Source: Ilumatobacteraceae bacterium (lineage in GTDB: Bacteria > Actinomycetota > Acidimicrobiia > Acidimicrobiales > Ilumatobacteraceae). From it: DNA of 64,000 nucleotides. The stretch covers positions 5,561 through 69,560 of the forward strand of contig JAJTFJ010000017.1 in assembly GCA_021298435.1 (NCBI GenBank), in the 5' to 3' direction. The stretch's first letter is position 1; each line of letters starts with the position of its first letter. Positions 48,217 to 57,646 of this stretch are shown piece after piece. The position numbers were made by a program, and so were the translations under genes. The notes under the pieces are model-generated. The model was not told the origin of the DNA. It worked only from the letters and a program-made list of their open reading frames with translations, and ran no database searches.

Positions 48217-48642
48217 ATGAAGGCAGCCATCCTTATCGAGAGTCTCACTGGCAACACGTGGAAGGCCGGCGAGCGCATCGCGGCCAACCTGCAACAAGAG
48301 AATTGGTCCATCACCGGTCTCTCGCCAGTACGAAACCCTGATCACAAGTCCATCCAAGATGCAGACATGGTCATCGTCGGCACATGGGTGCACGGACTCT
48401 TTGTTGTTGGTCAAGCGCCTTGGGCTGTCGATCGTCTTCGTGCGTTGCCAGCAATGGCCGGAAAGAAGGCTGCGGCTTTTTGCACCTTTGCGCTCAACCC
48501 CGGTGGCTCACTCGATGTGATGACCCGCACTCTGGAATCACGCGGTGCAGAAGTCGTTGGTGGACTCGCTCTTCATCGCAGCAAGCTCGCAGCACATGCA
48601 GAAGAGTTTGCAATTCGCCTGACTGACTCAACAGTCAAGTAG
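48217..48642 (+). CDS. Flavodoxin-like domain protein
   Basis: MKAAILIESLTGNTWKAGERIA...MVIVGTWVHG has a flavodoxin-fold N-terminus. The ORF-track start at 48151 overlaps pcrA. Confidence 0.7.
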   Translation: MKAAILIESLTGNTWKAGERIAANLQQENWSITGLSPVRNPDHKSIQDADMVIVGTWVHGLFVVGQAPWAVDRLRALPAMAGKKAAAFCTFALNPGGSLDVMTRTLESRGAEVVGGLALHRSKLAAHAEEFAIRLTDSTVK

Positions 48643-48656
48643 TCATTGCCCCGTAG

Positions 48657-49172
48657 TTATGGGGCAAGTGTTGTTGCGGTCGCGCTGGCGTCCCGTAAGT
48701 CGATGTACAAAGTTTTCTTGTTCTCAACAATGGGTCGAACATTGGCTGGTTTCTCCAATTGATCGACGGTTACAGTGCGTTGATTGCAGTCAGTGAATGT
48801 GCGTGCACCCTTTGTGTGGGTGACGAGACACGTTGGGCCTAGGTCTGCTGGGTAGCCGTAATACACACGCCACCCTTTTGCTGGGTCAGGTCCTGTGTGG
48901 TCCAAAACGATGGAGCGAATCCCGTCGGGACTCTTGAGGTCGGGGAACAGGAGGGGGCCATCTTCTGCGACGGCCTTAGCCATGGATTCCACTTTGCCCA
49001 CTTCGAAGACCTTGTTGGCCACTGAGGAACTGGGTGTGGCACGGCTATTGATCACCGAGGCAACGACCCAGAGACCTGCAAAAAACACACAAAAAAAGGC
49101 AATTCCCGCCAAGACGGGCACGAGGGCTCGGGCGAGGGGAGTTCGGAGGCGGGGCTTTCGCATACCCCCCAT
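48657..49172 (-). CDS. Hypothetical membrane-anchored protein
   Basis: Basic N-terminus plus one TM (LVPVLAGIAFFCVFFAGLWVVASVI), then a soluble domain of about 120 aa. No family recognised. Confidence 0.55.
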   Translation of the reverse strand: MGGMRKPRLRTPLARALVPVLAGIAFFCVFFAGLWVVASVINSRATPSSSVANKVFEVGKVESMAKAVAEDGPLLFPDLKSPDGIRSIVLDHTGPDPAKGWRVYYGYPADLGPTCLVTHTKGARTFTDCNQRTVTVDQLEKPANVRPIVENKKTLYIDLRDASATATTLAP

Positions 49173-49221
49173 TGTGGCGGGTTGGTACGGGAACGCCTAT
49201 TCAGCGTAGGGTTTCCTTTCT

Positions 49222-49623
49222 GTGAAGCGCCCCTACCGAGTTGTTGTCGCCAAGCCTGGTCTCGATGGCCATGACCGTGGCGCAAAAACCATTACACGTG
49301 CATTGCGTGACCATGGTTTTGAAGTGATTTATACAGGTCTGCACCAGACCCCAGAGCAGATTGCAGAAACTGTTCTGCAAGAAGATGCCGATGCAGTGGG
49401 TCTCTCGCTGTTGTCTGGTGCTCACAACACACTGTTCCCGCGAACAATGGAAGAACTGCGTAACCGCGACATGGGCGACGTGCTCGTGTTTGGCGGTGGC
49501 GTGATCCCCGATGCTGATGCACGCGCACTTCGCGAGCAGGGCGTTGGAAACATCTTCGGCCCAGGTTCCTCTTTGAAGGCCATTGCACAATGGCTTGAAG
49601 AGGCACTCGACGGCCGCGAATAG
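49222..49623 (+). CDS. Stand-alone cobalamin-binding subunit of an acyl-CoA mutase (MCM/ICM small-subunit type)
   Basis: GTG start. VVVAKPGLDGHDRGAKTITRALRDHGFEVIYTG (DxHxxG B12 motif) and GGGVIP. Confidence 0.88.
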   Translation: MKRPYRVVVAKPGLDGHDRGAKTITRALRDHGFEVIYTGLHQTPEQIAETVLQEDADAVGLSLLSGAHNTLFPRTMEELRNRDMGDVLVFGGGVIPDADARALREQGVGNIFGPGSSLKAIAQWLEEALDGRE

Positions 49624-49641
49624 AAAGACATGGAGTAACTC

Positions 49642-50787
49642 ATGGACCTTTTTGAATATCAGGGCAAGCAGTACTTCGCTCGCTACGACATCCCCGTGTC
49701 GAAGGGCGACGTTGCTGTCACTGTTGATCAAGCTGTTGCCGCAGCAGATGCAGCTGGATATCCAGTTGTTGTGAAGGCACAGGTACAAGTTGGTGGACGC
49801 GGCAAAGCAGGCGGCATCAAGTTGGCAAACAATGCTGATGAAGTGCGCACACATGCCGGAAACATCTTGGGTATGGACATCAAGGGCCATGTCGTCAAGC
49901 GCGTATGGGTAGAGAACGCCAGCGACATTGCTGAGGAGTACTACGCGTCATTCACTCTTGACCGTGGCGCAAAGAAGCACCTTCTCATGTTGTCCAAAGA
50001 GGGCGGCGTTGAAATCGAAGAAGTCGCTGCAACGAATCCTGCTGCGATTCTCATGTTGCACATTGATCCGGTTGATGGTCTTTTCGCTGCTGGCGCCATG
50101 AAGGCTGCTGTTGACGCAAAGATTCCTGAGAAGGCACAGCAAGGCGTTGCTGACATCTTGGTGAAGTTGTATCGCTGCTTCGTTGAAGGTGATTGCGACC
50201 TCGCAGAAATCAACCCACTCATCTTGAAGCCAACAGGCGAAGTGCATGCTCTTGACGCCAAGGTCAGCCTTGATGCAAACGCAGACTTCCGTCATCCAGA
50301 GTGGGAAGAGTTCAAGGCAACAGAAGAACTTGATGCACGCGAAAAGCTTGCACGCGAAAAGGGTCTTCAGTACATCGGCCTCGAAGGCACAGTGGGCATC
50401 ATTGCCAACGGTGCTGGTCTTGCGATGAGCACACTCGACGTGGTGAACCAAGTAGGCGGCACAGCTGCAAACTTCCTCGACATCGGTGGTGGAGCAAACG
50501 CTGACCTTATGGCGAGCGCACTTGAAGTGATCAACTCCGACAAGGCAGTGAAGAGCATCTTCATCAACATCTTCGGTGGTATCACTCGTGGTGAAGAAGT
50601 GGCAAAGGGCATCGTGGAAGCCCTCGGCCGCGTCGACCTGCGCGCACCAATCGTTATTCGACTCGACGGAACCAATGCAGAAGAGGGTCGTTCGATCCTT
50701 GCCAATGCAGGTATCCCCGAATCAAAGCTCACCAGCAAGCCAACAATGCTCGAGGCCGCAGAGGCCGCCGTGGCACTCGCGAAGTAA
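49642..50787 (+). CDS. sucC: Succinate--CoA ligase (ADP-forming) subunit beta
   Basis: MDLFEYQGKQYFARYDIPV...VVKAQVQVGGRGKAGGIK...NIFGGITRG is canonical SucC. Confidence 0.96.
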   Translation: MDLFEYQGKQYFARYDIPVSKGDVAVTVDQAVAAADAAGYPVVVKAQVQVGGRGKAGGIKLANNADEVRTHAGNILGMDIKGHVVKRVWVENASDIAEEYYASFTLDRGAKKHLLMLSKEGGVEIEEVAATNPAAILMLHIDPVDGLFAAGAMKAAVDAKIPEKAQQGVADILVKLYRCFVEGDCDLAEINPLILKPTGEVHALDAKVSLDANADFRHPEWEEFKATEELDAREKLAREKGLQYIGLEGTVGIIANGAGLAMSTLDVVNQVGGTAANFLDIGGGANADLMASALEVINSDKAVKSIFINIFGGITRGEEVAKGIVEALGRVDLRAPIVIRLDGTNAEEGRSILANAGIPESKLTSKPTMLEAAEAAVALAK

Positions 50788-50798
50788 GGACCTCAGTC

Positions 50799-51698
50799 AT
50801 GGCAATTTTCGTCGATCAAAACACCAAGGTCATCGTCCAAGGTCTCACCGGAGGCCAAGGCAAGTACCACGGACTTCGTAACAAGGCATACGGCACACAA
50901 GTTGTTGCTGGTGTGACACCAGGCAAGGGTGGCACCGATGTCGAAGGCATCCCCGTGTACAACAGCGTTGCGGAAGCAGTGGCAGCAACAGGTGCAACAG
51001 CATCGTTCGTGACTGTTCCACCAAAGGCAGCGTCTGCTGCAATTTTGGAAGCAGCTGCTGCAGGCATTTCTTTCATCGTGTGCATCACTGAAGGAATTCC
51101 TGCACAGGACGAAGCTCGCACCTACAACACGCTTGTTCGTGATTTCCCGAAAGTACGTCTGCTCGGTCCAAACTGCCCAGGCATCATTAGCCCAGGTAAG
51201 TGCAACATCGGAATTACTGCTGGTGAGATTGCAGAGCTTCCATCGGCAAGTGGTCCAAACGTGGGCATCGTGTCACGTTCCGGAACACTCACGTACCAAG
51301 CACTGTATGAACTCAAGCAGCGCGGCATCGGCGTATCGACATGTGTTGGTATCGGTGGCGACCCAGTGCCAGGTACATCGTTCATCGATTGCTTGCGTGA
51401 ATTCCAGAACGATCCTGAGACTCACGCCATCATCATGATTGGTGAAATTGGTGGCTCAGCTGAAGAAGAAGCAGCAGAGTTCATCAAGGCAAATGTGACA
51501 AAGCCAATGTCGGCATACATCGCTGGCGTGACTGCTCCTGCAGGCAAGAAAATGGGCCATGCTGGCGCCATCGTTTCTGGCGGCAAGGGAACAGCACAGG
51601 GCAAGATGGACGCATTGCGTGACGCCGGCGTGAAGGTGGGCCAAAACCCAACCGAAGCCGGTTCGCTCATGGCAGAAATCGTCGCTGGACTTCGCTGA
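50799..51698 (+). CDS. sucD: Succinate--CoA ligase subunit alpha
   Basis: VIVQGLTGGQGKYH, SRSGTLTY and the phospho-His loop GHAGAIVSGGKGTA. Confidence 0.96.
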   Translation: MAIFVDQNTKVIVQGLTGGQGKYHGLRNKAYGTQVVAGVTPGKGGTDVEGIPVYNSVAEAVAATGATASFVTVPPKAASAAILEAAAAGISFIVCITEGIPAQDEARTYNTLVRDFPKVRLLGPNCPGIISPGKCNIGITAGEIAELPSASGPNVGIVSRSGTLTYQALYELKQRGIGVSTCVGIGGDPVPGTSFIDCLREFQNDPETHAIIMIGEIGGSAEEEAAEFIKANVTKPMSAYIAGVTAPAGKKMGHAGAIVSGGKGTAQGKMDALRDAGVKVGQNPTEAGSLMAEIVAGLR

Positions 51699-53207
51699 GT
51701 GCCACGCGCACTTCTTTCCGTTTACGACAAAACTGGCATCGTCGAGTTCGCCTCGGCGTTGCGTGCTCTCGGGTGGACTCTTCTCTCAAGCGGAGGCACT
51801 GCGAAGGCATTGACTGATGCAGGCATTGACGTCACTGATGTCGCTGAACTCACAGGACTTGATCCGATTCTCGATCACCGCGTTGTCACGTTGCACCCCA
51901 ATGTGCACGGTGGCATCTTGGCGGATCGTGACAAGCCGGAGCATCTCGAAGAACTTGAGAAGCACGGCATCGAAGAGATAGATCTCGTCGTTGTCAACCT
52001 GTACCCATTTGGTTCCAAGCCCAGTGTTGAACTGATTGACGTTGGCGGCCCCGCAATGGTTCGTGCAGCAGCAAAGAATTTTGCACACGTCGGTGTTGTT
52101 GTCGATACCGCCGACTATGCCGATGTTCTTGAAATGATTGAAGGCGGATACTTCGGAATCAGTGCGCGTCGTGTTCTCGCTCAGAAGGCGTTTCGCATTA
52201 CGAGTGCATACGACGCATCGATTGCATCGTGGCTTGCTGATGAGAGTCCGGATCGTGCAAGTGCAACAGTGCCGCCCATTCTCACCATGGTGGCGGAACG
52301 TGCCGAAGTGCTTCGATACGGAGAAAACCCGCATCAGACTGGTGCGCGCTATCGCTTGCCAGGTGTTGAAAGCTGGTGGGACTCCGCACAGCAGTTAAAC
52401 GGCAAAGAGATGTCGTATCTCAATGTGTTCGATACAGAAGCCGCTTGGCAATTGGTCTCACGATTTGATCGTCCTGCAGCAGTGGTCGTGAAGCATGCCA
52501 ACCCGTGTGGTGTTGCGCTGGGTGAGACCATCTTGCAGGCGTATATGCGTGCACACGAGGCAGATCCCATCAGTGCATTTGGCGGAATCATTGCAGTCAA
52601 TGGTGAAGTGAACGCTGAAACTGCATTGGAGATTTCCAAGGTTTTTACGGAAGTAGTCATCGCACCATCTTTCTCAGCTGACGCATTGGAAATTCTTAGT
52701 GGCAAGGAAAACTTGCGGTTGTTAGAGGCTGTTGCGCCATTTAATTCCATGGCAATCAACGTTCGCTCGATTGACGGTGGCCTCCTTGTGCAGTCGGTCG
52801 ACGAAGTGGATGAACCACTCGATGACTTCACAATTGCTACCGATCGTGCTCCCACTGCTGAAGAATGGCAGAGCCTCCTTCTTGCATGGCAAACAGTTGC
52901 AGCGACATGGAGCAATGCCATCGTTCTTGCGAATGGTGACGTTGTTGTTGGCGTTGGTGGTGGACAACCAAATCGAGTTGATGCAGCACGCATTGCAATC
53001 GGCCGTGCAGGGCAATCTGCGAAAGGTTCTGTCGCTGCGAGTGATGCGTTTTTCCCATTCGGCGATACGGTCGAAGAGTTGGCCGCCGCTGGCGTCACTG
53101 CCGTTATCCAACCCGGTGGCAGTGTGCGGGATTCTGCATCCATCACGGCGGCCAACACTCATGGCATTGCCATGGTGCTCACCGGAACACGCCACTTCCG
53201 CCACTAG
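51699..53207 (+). CDS. purH: Bifunctional AICAR transformylase / IMP cyclohydrolase
   Basis: GTG start directly after the sucD stop. ALLSVYDKTGIVEFA, VVTLHPNVHGGIL, VVVNLYPF, VVKHANPCG and GTRHFRH. Confidence 0.95.
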   Translation: MPRALLSVYDKTGIVEFASALRALGWTLLSSGGTAKALTDAGIDVTDVAELTGLDPILDHRVVTLHPNVHGGILADRDKPEHLEELEKHGIEEIDLVVVNLYPFGSKPSVELIDVGGPAMVRAAAKNFAHVGVVVDTADYADVLEMIEGGYFGISARRVLAQKAFRITSAYDASIASWLADESPDRASATVPPILTMVAERAEVLRYGENPHQTGARYRLPGVESWWDSAQQLNGKEMSYLNVFDTEAAWQLVSRFDRPAAVVVKHANPCGVALGETILQAYMRAHEADPISAFGGIIAVNGEVNAETALEISKVFTEVVIAPSFSADALEILSGKENLRLLEAVAPFNSMAINVRSIDGGLLVQSVDEVDEPLDDFTIATDRAPTAEEWQSLLLAWQTVAATWSNAIVLANGDVVVGVGGGQPNRVDAARIAIGRAGQSAKGSVAASDAFFPFGDTVEELAAAGVTAVIQPGGSVRDSASITAANTHGIAMVLTGTRHFRH

Positions 53208-53227
53208 CCAGCCCGTAGACTGAACAA

Positions 53228-54088
53228 ATGGCACGGATCGGAGACCTTCTTGCAACGGGACGTACGTTCTCGTTTGAGTTCTCTCCGCCAAAATCTGCTG
53301 CGGGCTCTTTGTCTTTGGGTCGCACCATTGCAGAACTCGAACCTCTTGCGCCGTCCTTCGTTTCCGTGACATACGGAGCCGGCGGCTCCACCCGTGAACA
53401 CACTCGCGACACAGTGCTGTGGGTACGCAAAGAGACAAACATTCCGCCAATGGCTCACCTCACATGTGTGGGTCACACTCGTGCGGAGATTGCCGACATC
53501 ATCTCCACGTACACGGATGCTGGCATCGTGAATGTTCTTGCTCTCGCTGGTGATCCTCCTAAAGATCCTGCGGATGCTCGTCCTAGTGATTACGCCTATG
53601 CCACTGATCTCATTGAACATCTCAAAGAGATCGGCAATCTGTGCATCGGAGTTGCGGCACACCCCGAAGGCCACCCGCGCTCTCCAGACTTGGCAACGGA
53701 TCGCCGGCATCTAGCCGACAAACTGCGCGCTGCAGATTTTGCAACAACACAGTTCTTTTTCGATCTTGATCACTACTTGTCCTTAGTGAATGACCTTGCA
53801 GATTTAGGCATCACCAAGCCTGTTGTGCCGGGCATCATGCCCGTCACAAACATTGCACAGGTCGAGCGAATGGCAGAACTATCAGGCGCTGCATTCCCTG
53901 CATGGTTGCGTGAACGATTGGAATCAGGCACCTCGCCTGAAGATGTTCGTCGCATCGGTGTTGAGGCAGCGACAGAACTCAGCGCACAGTTGTTAGCAGC
54001 AGGTGCGCCTGGTCTGCATTTCTACACAATGAATAAATCGACAGCCACTTTGGAGATCTACGCCCAACTGGGCCTTCCGGTCGTCTGA
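53228..54088 (+). CDS. metF: Methylenetetrahydrofolate reductase
   Basis: FSFEFSPPK, VSVTYGAGGSTRE, HLTCVGHT, TQFFFD and GLHFYTMN. Confidence 0.93.
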   Translation: MARIGDLLATGRTFSFEFSPPKSAAGSLSLGRTIAELEPLAPSFVSVTYGAGGSTREHTRDTVLWVRKETNIPPMAHLTCVGHTRAEIADIISTYTDAGIVNVLALAGDPPKDPADARPSDYAYATDLIEHLKEIGNLCIGVAAHPEGHPRSPDLATDRRHLADKLRAADFATTQFFFDLDHYLSLVNDLADLGITKPVVPGIMPVTNIAQVERMAELSGAAFPAWLRERLESGTSPEDVRRIGVEAATELSAQLLAAGAPGLHFYTMNKSTATLEIYAQLGLPVV

Positions 54089-54100
54089 CCCTTTCTCGCT

Positions 54101-55099
54101 ATGAGTAATGCAGAACATACTTTTGCGCCCGTGAGCGGCACACCCTCGTCGGGAGTGCGACGCGGTCCTGTGGTGCCGTATGTGCCCGGACTCGACGGTC
54201 TTCGTGCGCTTGCCGTCATCGCAGTGATCACCTATCACGCAAATCGTGAATGGTTGGGCGGCGGCTTCCTTGGTGTCGAAGTGTTCTTTGTGATCTCTGG
54301 CTATCTCATCACGTTGCTTCTTATCGCGGAACGTGAACGCTCTGGGTCCGTATCACTGACAGATTTCTGGGTGCGCCGAGCTCGCCGACTTTTGCCCGCA
54401 CTCTTCACGCTTCTCATTGTGACGATCACGTATTGCGCCATGTTCGAACGCGATCGCCTCGGTCGTCTGCGTGGCGATGTCGTCGGTGGATTCTTCTATG
54501 TCTCTAACTGGTTCCAAGTGTGGACCGGTTCGTCGTATACAAGCTCTGCCGAGTTTGCACCGCTTCGCCATCTGTGGTCACTTGCAGTGGAGGAGCAGTT
54601 CTACATCATCTGGCCACTCGTGATGTTTGTGCTCTTACGCAATATGCGCTCACGCACGCTTCCCGTTATCGGTGTTTTCTTTACAGTTCTTGCTGCTGCT
54701 ATCGCTATCTACACGGCAGTTGTTTTCCGCACTGGCCCTATTGACACGATTGAGAAGACACCAGAACAGTTCATGTCGTTCTTTGGTCGTGATGTCTTGC
54801 GTACAGATTTCTTGTACTTGGGCACGGTGTCACGCGCTTCGGGACTGTTGTTGGGCGCAGCACTTGCAACTGCTTGGCGTCCGTGGTCTATTCGACGCGG
54901 ACGTGCCGGAGCCAATGCAAACGGCCTTGATCTCTTGGGCATTGTGGGTCTCGTAGCGCTGGGGTACATGTGCTGGCAATTCCGTGAAACTGTTTCGACA
55001 GAAGCCGGAACCGAAGGGTATGCATTGTTGTATCGCGGCGGTCTTGTCCTCGTCGCACTCGCAACGATTCTGGTGATCGCCACTGTCGCATGCCACTAG
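54101..55099 (+). CDS. Acyltransferase-3 (OafA/YrhL-type) membrane domain, N-terminal fragment of a disrupted gene
   Basis: GLDGLRALAVIAVITYH, VEVFFVISGYLIT and WSLAVEEQFYIIWP are acyltransferase_3 signatures. Ends prematurely in ...ATVACH*. Confidence 0.8.
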   Translation: MSNAEHTFAPVSGTPSSGVRRGPVVPYVPGLDGLRALAVIAVITYHANREWLGGGFLGVEVFFVISGYLITLLLIAERERSGSVSLTDFWVRRARRLLPALFTLLIVTITYCAMFERDRLGRLRGDVVGGFFYVSNWFQVWTGSSYTSSAEFAPLRHLWSLAVEEQFYIIWPLVMFVLLRNMRSRTLPVIGVFFTVLAAAIAIYTAVVFRTGPIDTIEKTPEQFMSFFGRDVLRTDFLYLGTVSRASGLLLGAALATAWRPWSIRRGRAGANANGLDLLGIVGLVALGYMCWQFRETVSTEAGTEGYALLYRGGLVLVALATILVIATVACH

Positions 55100-55905
55100 A
55101 GCCGCGCGAGTTTGTCGCGCTCATGGCGATCACTCTTGTGATGACGGAAGCGTCGTATCAGTTCATTGAAACACCGATTCGAACTGGTCGAGCGCTGACG
55201 CGGTACCGAGCATGGCGTGCGCGCAACGGGGGAGTCCGCGGACCATTGCCAGTTGTGCTTGCAACTCTTGCGATTGTTCCCGTGTTCTCCATTGTCAGCA
55301 TGGCGGGTGCGCGCGTGATGCCTGAAGAAGTCGCTGGCAACCTCGAGGAAAACTCTGGTGCCGTCGTCACCATTCCGCCCACAACAGTGCCTGTGGGTTC
55401 CACCACGGTTCCGGTTATTGCATCCACCACTGTTCCTGCAACAAAGTTTGATGTCTTTGCAGTGGGTGACTCTGTGATGTTGGGGTCGGCGCGCAAACTC
55501 ACGTCGTATGGCATCACCGTTGATGCGGCAAAGAATCGCCAAGTGTCTTCTGGTGCTCAAGTTCTCGACTACCGCAACAAGACAGGTGAATTAGGAAGCA
55601 ATGTTGTGATCCACCTCGGCACGAATGGACGTACGACGGAGTCAACATTCGACTTGGTGATGAAACCATTGTCCAAAGTGCAACGAGTCATTGTCCTCAC
55701 TGTGCGTGTGCCTGGAAGCCAATACTCAGACAAGAACAATGCGATCATCACAGCGTTGCCCCTGAAGTATCCGAATGTCACGATTCTCGACTGGGAAGCC
55801 CTATCGAAGGGGCGAAAGGATTGGTTTGCCTCTGATGGCATCCATCCGAATGCCGTGGGCCAGGACAACTACGTCGGTTTCATCTTGAAGGCCTTGGGTC
55901 GCTGA
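55090..55905 (+). CDS. C-terminal fragment of the same gene: last TM segments plus an SGNH/GDSL hydrolase domain
   Basis: SYQFIETPIR (end of the acyltransferase_3 domain), then the SGNH blocks GDSVMLG, HLGTNG and DGIHPN. Frame differs from the upstream fragment. Confidence 0.8.
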   Translation: MPLEPREFVALMAITLVMTEASYQFIETPIRTGRALTRYRAWRARNGGVRGPLPVVLATLAIVPVFSIVSMAGARVMPEEVAGNLEENSGAVVTIPPTTVPVGSTTVPVIASTTVPATKFDVFAVGDSVMLGSARKLTSYGITVDAAKNRQVSSGAQVLDYRNKTGELGSNVVIHLGTNGRTTESTFDLVMKPLSKVQRVIVLTVRVPGSQYSDKNNAIITALPLKYPNVTILDWEALSKGRKDWFASDGIHPNAVGQDNYVGFILKALGR

Positions 55906-55968
55906 TTTCACGGGCGAATTCGCCCCTGATATTCGGAATTGGACTGCGTGCGCGCCTACGCTGAAGGC

Positions 55969-56955
55969 ATGACAACTCCCGTTCGTATTGCCGTCACCGG
56001 TGCAGCCGGCCAGATTGGCTACAGCCTCCTTTTCCGTATCGCTTCCGGTGCCGTGTTTGGTCCAAACACCCCCGTCATCTTGCAGCTCCTTGAAATCACG
56101 CCTGCACTTGGTGCACTTGAAGGTGTGCGCATGGAACTTGATGACTGTGCATTCCCACTTCTCGCTGGCGTCGTGTGCACCGATAATGCAGAGACTGCAT
56201 TTGGTGATGCTGATGCAGCATTCCTCGTTGGTGCAATGCCACGAAAAGACGGCATGGAGCGCGGAGATCTTCTCAGTGCAAATGGCGGAATCTTTAAGCC
56301 ACAAGGTCAAGCACTCGGTGCAGCTGCAAAGAAGGACGTCATGGTTCTTGTTGTTGGTAACCCAGCAAACACCAATGCAGTCATTGCAATGAATAACGCA
56401 AAAGGCCTTGATCCCAGCCGCTTCACAGCGATGACACGCCTTGACCACAACCGTGCACTCACACAGTTGGCAACCAAGGTGGGCAAGTCCGTCACTGACA
56501 TCAAAAAGATGACCATTTGGGGCAACCACTCGAGCACGCAGTATCCCGACCTCTTCCATTGCGAAGTGAACGGTCAGAATGCAGCAGCACTTGTGAACGA
56601 TCAGGCTTGGATCGAAAACGATTTCATTCCCACCGTTGCAAAGCGTGGCGCAGCGATCATCAAGGCACGTGGTTTGTCATCTGCAGCATCTGCAGCGAAC
56701 GCCGCAATTGATCACATGAATTCATGGGCACTCGGAACACCAGAAGGAGACTGGGTTTCCATGGCAATTCCATCCGATGGCAGCTATGGCGTTCCAGAGG
56801 GCATCATCTCGTCGTTCCCATGTGTGTGTAAGGACGGCAAGTACAGCATTGTTCAAGGTCTCGACATTGACGATTTCAGCCGTGCACGTATCGATGCATC
56901 CGTGGCTGAGTTGGTGGAGGAGCGCGACGAGGTCAAGAAGCTTGGTCTGATCTAA
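55969..56955 (+). CDS. mdh: Malate dehydrogenase
   Basis: [38 protein letters not shown] and [15 protein letters not shown] at 55969 follows GAAGG. Confidence 0.95.
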   Translation: MTTPVRIAVTGAAGQIGYSLLFRIASGAVFGPNTPVILQLLEITPALGALEGVRMELDDCAFPLLAGVVCTDNAETAFGDADAAFLVGAMPRKDGMERGDLLSANGGIFKPQGQALGAAAKKDVMVLVVGNPANTNAVIAMNNAKGLDPSRFTAMTRLDHNRALTQLATKVGKSVTDIKKMTIWGNHSSTQYPDLFHCEVNGQNAAALVNDQAWIENDFIPTVAKRGAAIIKARGLSSAASAANAAIDHMNSWALGTPEGDWVSMAIPSDGSYGVPEGIISSFPCVCKDGKYSIVQGLDIDDFSRARIDASVAELVEERDEVKKLGLI

Positions 56956-56973
56956 GCCTCACGCTTTCGAAAG

Positions 56974-57018
56974 AAAGGGTCTGCCGGGGTCACCCTCGGT
57001 GGGCCCTTTTTCTTTTTT
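56974..57018 (+). terminator. Intrinsic terminator after mdh
   Basis: Long GC-rich hairpin AAAGGGTCTGCCGGGG-TCAC-CCCTCGGTGGGCCCTTT followed by TTCTTTTTT. Confidence 0.8.
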
Positions 57019-57107
57019 GGTGGTCTGAGTTGCCAAGGAGCCGACCCGCCTGATTGAATACCTGACTAAACCAGTCGGAATTATCAGGAATAGAAGAGGG
57101 GTGTGAG

Positions 57108-57248
57108 ATGAAGCGGAAGTCGTTGGCACGAGTGGCCGTGTTCGCCGCCGCAGGAGCCCTCGGGGTGATTTCCGCGTTCTGGGGAAGCAATGGGGATTCA
57201 GAGTCGTCAGAAGGCGTTACAGCCTTCGTATGGGCCGTTTCCCGATAG
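57108..57248 (+). CDS. Possible 46-aa signal/TM micro-ORF (not in the track)
   Basis: Hand-translated: MKRKSLARVAVFAAAGALGVISAFWGSNGDSESSEGVTAFVWAVSR, with GAGGGG 7 nt upstream. No homology evidence. Confidence 0.3.
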   Translation: MKRKSLARVAVFAAAGALGVISAFWGSNGDSESSEGVTAFVWAVSR

Positions 57249-57252
57249 CTCG

Positions 57253-57642
57253 CTAGCGGTAGTCGGTGATGCCGCGTACCGCAGCAAAGGCGGTGTCGAG
57301 AGCGGCGAAGACTGCAACGTTGTCCATGATGCTCTGAGGGTTTCCGGTGATCTTGACGAGGCCCTTCATGAAGACTTCTTGGGCAGGCACAGTTTCGGTG
57401 GCGACATCCACTGATGTTTGCCAGGTCTGCTCCATGCGGACACTTTCATTCGATGCAGGACCAGCTGCGAACTCAGCGACTCCATCGCCCACCTGAAGGT
57501 GATACACGATGGTGCCTTCTGGTCCATCGGTGACGACTTGTGTGACTCCGATGGAATGCGTTGACGCAAGTTGTTTCAATGATTCCGAAGCAGCGACGTG
57601 TGCCTGCATCGCTTCGATCCATTCCAAGCTGAGGTAGCGCAT
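57253..57642 (-). CDS. SCP2 sterol-binding domain protein
   Basis: 129 aa. LSLEWIEAMQAHV...VFMKGLVKITGN has the typical SCP2 C-terminal motif. Confidence 0.8.
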   Translation of the reverse strand: MRYLSLEWIEAMQAHVAASESLKQLASTHSIGVTQVVTDGPEGTIVYHLQVGDGVAEFAAGPASNESVRMEQTWQTSVDVATETVPAQEVFMKGLVKITGNPQSIMDNVAVFAALDTAFAAVRGITDYR

Positions 57643-57646
57643 GGAA

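Noticed and set aside
55912-55925. Palindrome GGGCGAATTCGCCC after the SGNH gene, as a possible terminator
   Set aside because: Short stem, minimal loop and no following T-tract. Not convincing as an intrinsic terminator.
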